Shown here piece after piece: positions 10,450-20,091 of a stretch of 64,000 bases of DNA. Within the stretch, counting starts at the first letter, position 1, and each line of letters opens with the position of its first letter. The notes beneath the pieces are model-generated. The model was not told the DNA's origin, did not search any database, and saw only the letters and a list, made by a program, of their open reading frames with translations. The stretch covers positions 1-64,000 of the forward strand of contig JBHLMN010000023.1 of assembly GCA_048938105.1 (NCBI GenBank), read 5' to 3'. Position numbers and translations under genes: made by a program. This DNA comes from Promethearchaeota archaeon. Its GTDB lineage: Archaea > Asgardarchaeota > Heimdallarchaeia > Hodarchaeales > Hodarchaeaceae.

Positions 10450-10860
10450 TTGGGAAAACTTATGGTAGTATATATCAGGGATCTTAATCTAAGAGAAAAA
10501 ATAGGGTATTTACTAAAGCATCATCAGGACTTTAAACGGTTTAAAATTGTGAAAGATGCAGAATTACAAGGCCAGTACGACAAAAAGTATTTTTTCGACT
10601 ATATTTTGGTAAATGAGCAAGAACAAAACATCATAGGTATTCTGATTAAGGATTGGGAGCGGTCCTGTGGCTATCAAATCATTTTAAATGCTGAGAAATA
10701 TCAAAAGGAATGTAACCTTAGTAAGGTCATTGTGATGAGTAATACTTTTTCGGAGGTCGCTCGATCTTGGAGTAAGAAATTAAACATCATTACGTTGTCT
10801 GATGGTGAGATAGGGTCGATTTTAATTTCCAGTTTTAATATGGAAGTTATTGAACCATAG
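10450..10860 (+). CDS. Mrr-like restriction endonuclease-fold protein
   Basis: FFDYIL...GILIKDW...VIVMSNTFSEVAR...NIITL follows the Mrr_cat pattern; the catalytic ExK is degenerate (LIK). Confidence 0.6.
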   Translation: MGKLMVVYIRDLNLREKIGYLLKHHQDFKRFKIVKDAELQGQYDKKYFFDYILVNEQEQNIIGILIKDWERSCGYQIILNAEKYQKECNLSKVIVMSNTFSEVARSWSKKLNIITLSDGEIGSILISSFNMEVIEP

Positions 10861-10996
10861 CTTCTTTATCCTATCTTCTTGTAGATTCTAGGTTTTTTAA
10901 TTATATTTTTAAAAATCTTTTTTATTTTCTTGAATGTCTATACACCCTCTTTAGGACTTTTAATCACTTTAAATCATTATATTGTGCTTGAATTTC

Positions 10997-11311
10997 TTAT
11001 TTAGTGAAAAAGAGTTGCTTCATTGAGGTCGTCAAATATTGCTTAGACGAATTACTATTAAGTCTTAAATCATAAATAACAGGTATTGTATCAGTAATAG
11101 TAGGATTTTTTGTAATAGTTGCACTCGGAGTTATTGAAGCATATTCAAGATTAGAAGGATTACATACTATAATTTCTGTATTGTGTTCCCAATTCTCAAT
11201 AAACAATCTTGTTTCAATTGAATTAGAAAGTGAGTAACGATATTCACTGCGAATATGTTCTGAAATAGAATCTCTTACAAATCGTAATTCATCAATACGA
11301 ATTCCCACCAT
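10997..11311 (-). CDS. Hypothetical protein, possibly a gene remnant
   Basis: 104-aa ORF; the frame is interrupted by TAG just upstream. Confidence 0.3.
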   Translation of the reverse strand: MVGIRIDELRFVRDSISEHIRSEYRYSLSNSIETRLFIENWEHNTEIIVCNPSNLEYASITPSATITKNPTITDTIPVIYDLRLNSNSSKQYLTTSMKQLFFTK

Positions 11312-11640
11312 CCAAATATTTGTTTCATCAATTAACTAGAAAAACAAGATTTTCCAAAAGTTAAAACCATTGTGGAGCACTAGTTGAAATAAAAGAATTT
11401 CTTACTTCTATTGATTTCATCGATCTTGGTGATTTCGGGCCTTAAAGGTGAAGAAGAGGTATTTCCTCCTTACTAATGATCCTGAAAATAAATATTATAC
11501 AAATATCATGATAATGAACTGAAATAATATTGTACTATCTTCATATTCGATATGACTTAAAAAATTAAACCATCTAACGGAACTAAAAAAGATTAAATCC
11601 CTTCAAGCAAAGTTTAATAAGAAATTTAGCTTTTCTATAG

Positions 11641-12153
11641 ATGGAGATGATCAAAGTGTCTTTTAAAAATTTAGGAAAAATTCTAAAAACTATCATCGAA
11701 GATAAATCTGGCTTTTTTAAAGAAATTAGTGCCATTCCTTTTGTAATAATGGGATTAATTGCATTAGGTGTGACATTCATGGCCATAGGAGATATGGATC
11801 CAGCCCGTACACAAAATCTCCTATTATTAATCTTTGGAAGTTTTGGGGCTTATCTATTTTTAATGAGAACATATTTTGATGACCCAAAGGAGAGAAATGA
11901 GAAACAACGAACTCATATAGGGTTCATACTCGTGCTAATCTTTCTCTACTCCTTCCCTAGTCTTCTCATATCAATTTTAATAACATCACTAGGAGGGGAA
12001 CTAGATTTTCAGAATACATATGAGGCATTTGTAAGCCTTGCAGATCTTTATTTTTTACTTTGTGGCTTAATTATCATTCTCTTCTTAATTTATCTCGCAA
12101 TAATCGATCAATTGAAGAAATGGGTAAAAATTGGAGAAGAAGAAGTGGGATAA
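11641..12153 (+). CDS. Four-TM membrane protein
   Basis: 170 aa with four hydrophobic segments. Confidence 0.6.
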   Translation: MEMIKVSFKNLGKILKTIIEDKSGFFKEISAIPFVIMGLIALGVTFMAIGDMDPARTQNLLLLIFGSFGAYLFLMRTYFDDPKERNEKQRTHIGFILVLIFLYSFPSLLISILITSLGGELDFQNTYEAFVSLADLYFLLCGLIIILFLIYLAIIDQLKKWVKIGEEEVG

Positions 12154-12366
12154 TTTCTCCTGTTGCGTAATTATGGAAATATTTGATATAACAGAAAAAG
12201 CTAGAGTAATTAATACTCCTAATAGAAGTCCACATATAACTCCAATGATGAATCCTTTCTTAAAACCCATTTTTTTATTCAACTCTTTTTTTTTATTTGA
12301 TATAATACCAATGTGAAAAAAAGAGATAAACACTAGATTCACTAAAGAACAAGAAATAATCTTCAT
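12085..12366 (-). CDS. Possible small membrane protein
   Basis: MGFKKGFIIGVICGLLLGVLI TM segment; overlaps the neighbouring gene end. Confidence 0.3.
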   Translation of the reverse strand: MKIISCSLVNLVFISFFHIGIISNKKKELNKKMGFKKGFIIGVICGLLLGVLITLAFSVISNISIITQQEKLSHFFFSNFYPFLQLIDYCEIN

Positions 12367-12599
12367 CGTCTAAAGTTGGAGAGAAATAATATTTGAATAC
12401 AATAGTCATGGACATGTTTTCGACTTGAATCTTCTGACTGAGATTATCTAGTACAATTAAAATACTGAACTGATCTTTGTAGGAAATTTCATATAGACAT
12501 AATATGTCATATTGAAATTCATTGATTGTGTAGTATTTTGAGTAAGTTCCTGATGAATTAGCTCTGAATAAGGCATGGGATCAAAATTTTCTCGGATTT

Positions 12600-12905
12600 T
12601 TAAATATTTTCTTTTAATTTCTGCGCTGCTTTCAGTGTCACTTCTGTTTTACTCTTTAATTCTTCAATATCAGATTCTTTTTTATATACCCACCAGTGTA
12701 TCTCATGAGGGAGTATTTCAGATGTGAAAGGAGTTAAATATTCGCTTACTCCAATAAAACGCCTTTCTCTCCCTCCTAGCGGGTGTTTATATACTAATTT
12801 ATTCATCTCTGTTGCAGCTTTCAATAAAAACCAGAAGAAATTGCCAAGTTTAAATGATGAACCAAGAAATAGTTTCTCATGAGAGTGGATTTCTTTAAAA
12901 TCCAT
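12600..12905 (-). CDS. Hypothetical protein
   Basis: 101-aa ORF with GAAGG SD. Confidence 0.55.
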   Translation of the reverse strand: MDFKEIHSHEKLFLGSSFKLGNFFWFLLKAATEMNKLVYKHPLGGRERRFIGVSEYLTPFTSEILPHEIHWWVYKKESDIEELKSKTEVTLKAAQKLKENI

Positions 12906-12978
12906 TTTAATCCTTCATTATAAAATAATCTTACATAATTTCCAAAATATTTAATATTATTTCAAGAGTAAAATTATT

Positions 12979-14976
12979 TCAAATTGTTAAATTTGGGATC
13001 GCAGAGTTGTTTAAATTCTTTAAATTATCCAACATCTTTAGAACCATCCCAAAAATAAGTCTAGTGTTCTCTAGATGCTCTTCATCTTCTATTTCACGAA
13101 ATAATTCATGAACATAACTGTTACGCAAATAACTAATTTTAGAAATTTCTCTTTTTCGAATCCCTAGAAAATTAGCTACAGATTTCCCGTTCCCACTAAG
13201 ATTATCTTTTGGTTTTCCATTTTCATCCAATGGCAAAGTTAAATTATATTTAATTCGAATACTCCTCACAAAAGCCTCGAAAAAAGATGAGGACAATTTA
13301 TTTAAGGAGAATAAATCATTTTTCGCTATTAAAGAAATTTCAACGGTAAATTCTTTTGTTATTTCACTTTTTAATGGTAAATCAAGTATGTAGTGAGCCT
13401 CTATTATTTCAAAAAATTTTTCAAGAAGTTCTATTTTACTTTTATAAAATGGCACCTCTTTTTTTGGTAGGCTTAATTCTATACTTCTCATGCTATTCAG
13501 TACATTAAATGATAAGTCTTTGAGAATATTGTCTCTAAAAATTTCTATTAGTTTTAATGAAAGTATTCTTTTATTAGTACTTGGAACCAAATCAATAGAT
13601 TCAATAGAAACAATTTTAATGGCATCTTCATTAGAAAGTGGCTGTGTTAACCTCTCTACTTCCTTATTAAGGAAATTTGAATAATCAAATCTTTGGAAAA
13701 GATGATTCATGAGTATTACATTTAAGAATAAAAAAAGTAATGGAAAAAGCATAATACCTAATGATCTGGATAATATCTCTTCATACGCCAAGTCTTCTGA
13801 GTTCATCAGAGCTCCAAAAGCTGCAATTCCTAGGAAAAAATAAGAAATAGCTTCAATTATATTTAATCTTTTGAGGTTCGAACGAACATCGTCTAAAATC
13901 CATAGTAACATAATAATATAGATAACTTCAAGAATTAAAATAATTAACATAAATAAAGGATCAGCAATGTCAACACCATTGATGAAAAAGATAGGCAATA
14001 TAAAGACGCTAAATAAAATGACAAAAACTCTCTGAACAATTGAAGGAGAGTTGATTGGAGCTAGAGAAAGTTTCTTAATAATATTAATCGCGCGAGGATA
14101 GGTTAAAACCAAAAAATTTAGGTTATTTGCAATAAAGAGATAAAAAGTATTACCCCATGGTATATTTTCGTTTGGTTTGTAGGTAAACAATATTTTTGGG
14201 TTAAAAGTTATAAAACTCATTAGTATAATTACACAGAGGGCAACAAACAAAACTCCCTTGTTAATTTCCTCAAGTTTCTCTGAATCAATTTTTGTAAATA
14301 ATCTACTATGTATTAACACCCCTATTAGATAAAAAAACCAAAGGCCAAAACCTATCATAAAAATAGCTTCTACAAGGTTGTATATTGAGTGTTTTAGGTA
14401 TGTATCTAACAAAGCATTGGAATTAATCACCAGAAAAATCGGGGAAAATGATGCGATTAGAGTAATACATAATTGAACTCTAGTTAAAACATATGATCTA
14501 GATGGAATTATCCCAAAAAAAAAAGAATTTTTCTCTAATTTAAAGAAAATTGGAGTAATAACCAAAATTCCTGAAATAATACTTAAACCACCACCATACA
14601 ACCAAATACCTCGAAAAGGGTGGTTAATAAAAAGGGAAGCATCTATAAGATACAACCCAACTATCACGAAAACTGGTAATAAGGTAAAAAACAAAGTTTT
14701 AAATGGTTTTTCGAGTGTTTTCTCTATGAATGTTAATGACGACTGATCTTTTAACAAAAAAACTTTGATGAAGATAATACAAGTCATTAAGAATACGAGG
14801 TTGTAACTCAACATACCAAGATCGAAAAAGAGATTTGAAATTCTTAAAAAAGTAGATAAATAGAAGAGTGTTAAAGTAGTCAAAAGCCCAAAATAAACTG
14901 AATAGAAATCAGTATGACTCCATATTTTTCCGAATATTTCTTTAGCTTTATGTAATAAGTTCATATAATTCCCCAA
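12979..14976 (-). CDS. Polytopic membrane protein with a C-terminal HEPN-like domain
   Basis: About 12 hydrophobic segments in the first ~430 aa; helical C-terminus with SFFEAFVR and LRNSYVH (RxxxxH). Confidence 0.6.
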   Translation of the reverse strand: MGNYMNLLHKAKEIFGKIWSHTDFYSVYFGLLTTLTLFYLSTFLRISNLFFDLGMLSYNLVFLMTCIIFIKVFLLKDQSSLTFIEKTLEKPFKTLFFTLLPVFVIVGLYLIDASLFINHPFRGIWLYGGGLSIISGILVITPIFFKLEKNSFFFGIIPSRSYVLTRVQLCITLIASFSPIFLVINSNALLDTYLKHSIYNLVEAIFMIGFGLWFFYLIGVLIHSRLFTKIDSEKLEEINKGVLFVALCVIILMSFITFNPKILFTYKPNENIPWGNTFYLFIANNLNFLVLTYPRAINIIKKLSLAPINSPSIVQRVFVILFSVFILPIFFINGVDIADPLFMLIILILEVIYIIMLLWILDDVRSNLKRLNIIEAISYFFLGIAAFGALMNSEDLAYEEILSRSLGIMLFPLLFLFLNVILMNHLFQRFDYSNFLNKEVERLTQPLSNEDAIKIVSIESIDLVPSTNKRILSLKLIEIFRDNILKDLSFNVLNSMRSIELSLPKKEVPFYKSKIELLEKFFEIIEAHYILDLPLKSEITKEFTVEISLIAKNDLFSLNKLSSSFFEAFVRSIRIKYNLTLPLDENGKPKDNLSGNGKSVANFLGIRKREISKISYLRNSYVHELFREIEDEEHLENTRLIFGMVLKMLDNLKNLNNSAIPNLTI

Positions 14977-15024
14977 TTCTAAAAATGAGACAAAATTACC
15001 ACGAAAATTTTAGTCTTTGAAGTT

Positions 15025-15744
15025 TTAATAACGAGGTCTTTTCCCTTCTTTTATCATTTGAGCGACTTTTTTCACGTCTTCGGCATGTTTTGTTTTCCAT
15101 CCTTTTTTAATTAACCAAAGTTTTACAGAACGAGGGTCATATTCAATATTACTTGACTTTAATCTTTGAAATAACCTTATTGCTTCTCTTCTATCGGATG
15201 GATGTGAAATACCAGTCGAAAGGTTTACACCAAGAGTTAAAGATTCTAATTCATCAGCGATTTCACTGCTTATTGCTAATGTACTTCGATATTGTTTGCC
15301 AGTTAGATATTCAGTAGGAGACCATGTATCTAACCAATTCATAATATCATTTTCCCCCCAAGGAATGATAAAAACATCCTTGAGCTCATAGACATTATCA
15401 ATTTTATCGATTAAAGAAGGCATTGGAAAAATTGCCAAAACTGGTCCATCAAACCTTATTATATCAATACGATCAGTCATTAAATGAAATTTATATCCAT
15501 CTTTGGTTATAAATTTATTGGATTTAAGTAATCCTTTGATCATATTTTCAGGAAAAACAGTTGAGATGTCAGACAACTTTAATTGATTTTTAGTGGGAAC
15601 AACAATTAGTCCTTTCCCTTTTTCAGGAATTTTTTCCAACAACCATTTAAAACCAATCTGTATAGCTTTTTGGATCTTTTCTTTAAAAGCACCTTTCAAT
15701 TCTTTAACATCAATATAATAGTTATTACGTTCTCTACCCTTCAA
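15025..15744 (-). CDS. Hypothetical protein with a DUF1889/YoaC-like C-terminal helical domain
   Basis: VNLSTGISHPSD...GW...A..V..I.EGK tail resembles recalled DUF1889-type proteins; GGTGGGTGA SD. Confidence 0.45.
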   Translation of the reverse strand: MKGRERNNYYIDVKELKGAFKEKIQKAIQIGFKWLLEKIPEKGKGLIVVPTKNQLKLSDISTVFPENMIKGLLKSNKFITKDGYKFHLMTDRIDIIRFDGPVLAIFPMPSLIDKIDNVYELKDVFIIPWGENDIMNWLDTWSPTEYLTGKQYRSTLAISSEIADELESLTLGVNLSTGISHPSDRREAIRLFQRLKSSNIEYDPRSVKLWLIKKGWKTKHAEDVKKVAQMIKEGKRPRY

Positions 15745-15941
15745 GTTGATTCACCCACCTTTCAATTTGAAAAATTTCTTTTAAACGTTAATTTTAGTTG
15801 GGTTACTAAAAGTGTTTAGATTTATAATGAGTATAAAAGTCTAAGAATGATATATATTATTATATTATGGGAAATTTATAAACTCCATATACTCGAAACA
15901 TAAGAGTATATAATCATTAAAGTTTTGAATACAAGAAGTTT

Positions 15942-17018
15942 TTGGAAGTATTAAGGTTTTATTTGAAAAAGAATATCAATGATTACTGGGGTCTTTGTTT
16001 GAATAGAACTGAAAGGATGAGACTAATAAAAAAAATAGAAGAAGAAACAAAATCTAGAATGCTTATCTATATTACAGGTGACAGAAAGAATCTCGAAACA
16101 AAAATAGCAACTGATGTATTCCCGTTCATTACAAATCATCTAAATAAATTTCAAGAGGAGTACGGTGTTGAACATATCTCACTATTTATATATAGCACAG
16201 GAGGACTTATAGTAGCTGGTTTTGCTTTGGTAAATTTAATCAGAGAATATTGCAAGAAATTCACCGCGATTGTACCATTTAAAGCACATAGCTGCGCTAC
16301 ATTACTTACATTTGGAGCAAATAATATAATTATGAGCAAACTAGGCCAATTCACACCAATTGATCCTTCAATTTCATCACCTTTAGGACCAAAAATTGAT
16401 TTACCAAATATTCCAAGTCGTACTATTCCAGTAAATGTAGAGGATCTTAATGCATATATAGATATGGCAAAAAGCTTAGGAATTAGCAAACAGGAGTATC
16501 TGTGTAGTATATTTGAATATCTGACTGAGAATATTCATCCACTAGTTCTAGGTCAATCATATCGAGTAAGGGAACAAATTAAATTTTTAGCTGCCAATTT
16601 ATTGAAATCTGCAGGTTATTCAGAGGATGAAATCAATAAGATCGTTGATATATTTACAGTTGGGAGATATTCTCATGACTATGTTATCAGTAGACGTGAG
16701 GCCAAAGAAATATTTGGACTGAAAATTGCAGATATTTCCTCTAGTCTTGAAGCTGATATTTTTGAATTATTTCAAGGGTATAGCGAAATGTTAAAATTAA
16801 GCATTCCTTACTCTCTAGATTTAATACTTGGAGAATCAGATGAGGTTACAGCAGCTTTAGATAGTGCAATTATCGAATCGACTGACTTAACTTATGTGTT
16901 TAGAACCGAAAGAAAGGTTGAAAGAGTTCAATTAGTACCCCCTCAAGTTCCTGCTCCCCAATTGATACCAATGGAAAGAATAATAAGACAAGAATGGATG
17001 TTAGATAATAGAGTCTAA
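15942..17018 (+). CDS. SDH-family ClpP/crotonase-fold serine protease
   Basis: LFIYSTGG, VPFKAHSCATLLTFGA (catalytic Ser), QFTPIDP, YSHDYVISRREAK. Confidence 0.85.
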   Translation: MEVLRFYLKKNINDYWGLCLNRTERMRLIKKIEEETKSRMLIYITGDRKNLETKIATDVFPFITNHLNKFQEEYGVEHISLFIYSTGGLIVAGFALVNLIREYCKKFTAIVPFKAHSCATLLTFGANNIIMSKLGQFTPIDPSISSPLGPKIDLPNIPSRTIPVNVEDLNAYIDMAKSLGISKQEYLCSIFEYLTENIHPLVLGQSYRVREQIKFLAANLLKSAGYSEDEINKIVDIFTVGRYSHDYVISRREAKEIFGLKIADISSSLEADIFELFQGYSEMLKLSIPYSLDLILGESDEVTAALDSAIIESTDLTYVFRTERKVERVQLVPPQVPAPQLIPMERIIRQEWMLDNRV

Positions 17019-17038
17019 ACAACTAAAGGGTATGTGAA

Positions 17039-17302
17039 ATGTATACAAGAGATGAAAAGAAAGCCATCAATTCTTGGAGTATTACATCTGGTCTTACAAC
17101 GGCCTCCCAACTAGTTGATTCTACAGGTATTCAACCTAGTTCACACTATAATGATTATACTGGTCAAGATATTCCTTTACAACAGTTCATCATACCTCAG
17201 AACAACACACAACAAAAAAATATTTCTGAGATGATCGAAGAAGCAATGAATGAATCAAATCTTGAAAATGAACGTGCATTACGAAAACTAGCTAACTTAT
17301 AA
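17039..17302 (+). CDS. Putative Doc antitoxin
   Basis: Directly upstream of doc; C-terminal helix EEAMNESNLENERALRKLA resembles Doc-neutralising antitoxin tails. Confidence 0.6.
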   Translation: MYTRDEKKAINSWSITSGLTTASQLVDSTGIQPSSHYNDYTGQDIPLQQFIIPQNNTQQKNISEMIEEAMNESNLENERALRKLANL

Positions 17303-17325
17303 TTCTTTTTTTTCCTTTTTAAAAT

Positions 17326-17712
17326 ATGTTTTTTCTTTTAAGGGAAGACATTATCAAGATACATGATGATCAAATCTCCCGCTATGGAGGAGAATCAGGA
17401 ATATTACTTAGTGATAATTTAGATTTATGTGCTACAAATTATAAAAATAAGCTTTTTGGGAAAAAAACGTTTCCAGGTTTAATAAATAAAGCAGCGGCTC
17501 TGTTGAGAGACATCATAAAATTACATCCTTTTGTTGATGGTAATAAAAGGACTGCTTTTCAATGTGCGAATACTTTTTTAAAATTAAATGGATATTCAAT
17601 CTATACGAAGGGTTTTGAAGTAATTATAACTACAATGACGATAGCATCTTGTGAATGGGAATTTGACGAAGCAACTAAATGGATTCAACGATATATACAA
17701 TATAGAAAGTAA
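17326..17712 (+). CDS. doc: Death-on-curing (Doc/Fic family) toxin
   Basis: IHDDQISRYGGESG, KAAAL, HPFVDGNKRTA. Confidence 0.92.
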   Translation: MFFLLREDIIKIHDDQISRYGGESGILLSDNLDLCATNYKNKLFGKKTFPGLINKAAALLRDIIKLHPFVDGNKRTAFQCANTFLKLNGYSIYTKGFEVIITTMTIASCEWEFDEATKWIQRYIQYRK

Positions 17713-18001
17713 AAAAATGAATTCGGGTCATCTCTTCAAAATTTAATACTTTATTTGTCATATAATATAATAAGAGAACCAACAATCATAACAATGGTCA
17801 ATAATCACTACATAAGGGATAAAATGATAGTGATAGTAAAACACAAGTGTGATAATTGGAATAATTCTCTCTAAAAATTTTCTCATGATAGGTGCATACC
17901 AAAAAAGTTGATAACAATCTTGCCTCTCCTGAAGCAAGAATATAGACCCTATCGAATTTATTTAATCTTCGAATTTCGTCTCTGATGAAGGACATCTTTT
18001 T

Positions 18002-18292
18002 TTAATTCCTTAGATTTTTGCATAAATCTTTAGAATAAGAATACTCAGTCATTTGTATCCATTTGTCAAGATTTTGTTGGATGTAATGAATAATAGAATC
18101 CTTTTTATCGAAGTCTGCCTCCCAGGAGATTTGTCCACACCAAAGACACTTATAGGTTACTTTCGTGATCTCATAAAAATCCTCATCCTTAAGCTTCTTT
18201 AAAGTGAGTGTTAATAAATGAGGTCTACAATCGGTTAATTTCTTACAGCAATATTTACAATAAACAAAGGCTCTTCTTTCAATTTCAGTCAA
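18002..18292 (-). CDS. Small zinc-ribbon protein
   Basis: CKYC...CLWC; GAGGAAGTGA SD. Confidence 0.55.
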   Translation of the reverse strand: MTEIERRAFVYCKYCCKKLTDCRPHLLTLTLKKLKDEDFYEITKVTYKCLWCGQISWEADFDKKDSIIHYIQQNLDKWIQMTEYSYSKDLCKNLRN

Positions 18293-18402
18293 ATGTTTAT
18301 CACTTCCTCAAATTTTCATCTGACTCTATACCAATGGCAAAAAAACGACACAGAAGATCCTTAATGGAAAGTTTCTTGTTTATGAATAGTTTTAAGTATT
18401 TT

Positions 18403-18798
18403 TTACTGGTGTTCAGGTTCTTTCACCTCTTTTAAATGAGTAGGATGGATCATATACCTCTCTTTCTTTCCTTTCTCCTTTTTCTCCAGAATCAGTCCCC
18501 CTTCCACTAATTTTTTAAAATTAAGATAGCTAGTGTTTATTTCACTGCGAAGATTACGGCATATCTCTTTGTAAGTATACCCCGATCGCTTGGGATAAGT
18601 CCGTAGAAAGCTCAGGATTAACTGCTTCACACAATAATCGAGATCTTCCCTAACTTTCGCCAATCGATCTAAATATAACTCAATCGATATCGGCTTGTTC
18701 ACCAAGTCGTTATATTCTTGAATGCGAAGGTTGATTCGATCCTCTATAGCCAGGACTTGACTTTTCAATTTCATGGCTTGAATCTGCTGACTCTCCAT
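18403..18798 (-). CDS. Winged-helix DNA-binding protein with an N-terminal coiled coil
   Basis: YTYKEICRNL...FKKLVEGGLILEKK...RYMI. Confidence 0.6.
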   Translation of the reverse strand: MESQQIQAMKLKSQVLAIEDRINLRIQEYNDLVNKPISIELYLDRLAKVREDLDYCVKQLILSFLRTYPKRSGYTYKEICRNLRSEINTSYLNFKKLVEGGLILEKKEKGKKERYMIHPTHLKEVKEPEHQ

Positions 18799-18988
18799 GT
18801 GCCCAATTGCCGTCGAAAAACGGATTCGTCTGAAGCAACCATGGCATGTTTTGGTTTAGCAAAAAGGGGAGCTAGGAGTAAGAGGAGAACGGGTAGTACC
18901 TCATTTAGAAGAAATTTTAAAATCGTTTTCAGATCCAAATTATGGAACAAGAACATTTACTTTTAATTTATTTCCATATTCAAACCTT

Positions 18989-19405
18989 GTGAGACATAAT
19001 AATTTTTTAAAAATGCCAAGGCATTTGATTGAAGATGTGAAAGCAAATGAAGCTGGTGTTATCATGATGGGTTACTGGTGTGAAGGCCCAGATTGGATGA
19101 GTAGATTTGGTGAGGTATACAGTGCGACAAGGTTAGCAGCTTTTCATAATAGAACTGGTAGACGTTTAGTTAGAGACATCGATGAGTGTATGGACGAAAT
19201 TATTAGATGGGTATCTGGTGGTGAAGATGTATTAGAAGGAAGAGAGAGATTGGCAATTAATCCAAGTCAATGGGAAGTAATTCTATCTTTATTAGAGCTA
19301 GAGAGCTATACTACCATTATTCGCTGGACAACCAATGTTATTCTCAAGTTAATCGCAAAATACTTCAAATACATGAATAATATCCAGATTCATGATGAAT
19401 TATAG
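18989..19405 (+). CDS. Hypothetical protein
   Basis: 138-aa ORF; the frame stays open for 43 codons beyond its TAG. Confidence 0.5.
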   Translation: MRHNNFLKMPRHLIEDVKANEAGVIMMGYWCEGPDWMSRFGEVYSATRLAAFHNRTGRRLVRDIDECMDEIIRWVSGGEDVLEGRERLAINPSQWEVILSLLELESYTTIIRWTTNVILKLIAKYFKYMNNIQIHDEL

Positions 19406-20010
19406 ATCGACCCTGACTGTGTGTCGCATACTGCTAAAGAAGATTTTCTTTTCTTTGAAAAAACTGGGATGGTTGGAATTGTACGGCATGGCAACATCTA
19501 CGAACCAGGGAGCTGGGATGTGGCTATAAATTCTTAATTTATTTAGTAAACTTAGAAAATAACAAATAATATTCTAATCTAGAATGAGTGATTGATTTCT
19601 CTTTTCAATATAGTATGTTGGTTATGATTATTATATGCTGCTGATCTTATTTTTCTTCAAATGAAAGAGTGTTTAATCATTATTTAATAGATCTTATAGG
19701 CATGGAGAGGCATCTCTTGAATATTTTTTATGTTTTCTTTTCTAAGCTTTCTGCAGTCAATCCAGTCATGATTTTTCAAGGGAGAAAGTGATAAAGTTTC
19801 TAATTGATAAAATAAACTGGAAATTCAAAGTATCAAACTATTATTTTCTACATCATTCTGTTTAAAGCGGAATTAAGTAATTAAAAGGATAAAACTTCAA
19901 ATACAACTTATTTTCTTTTCCTAGAAACTAAAGTGAAAAAATAAAATGTTTGGGTATAAATAGAGAAATATATTTTAGAGGTGAATTTGAAGAGAGGGAT
20001 GTTTTATAGA

Positions 20011-20091
20011 TTTCACTAGACTTTTTAAGTAGACTTCTGATATAATGATAATAATGGATTTTTCAGAATTGGTGATAAGGAGATCTAATAG
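20011..20091 (+). promoter_or_regulatory. Conserved promoter/5' region of membrane-polyPro paralogue 1
   Basis: TTTCACTAGACTTTTTAAGTAGACTTCTGATATAATGATAATAAT...AGGAG is near-identical to 22268-22348; TATA-like TTTTAA and GGAG SD. Confidence 0.65.
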
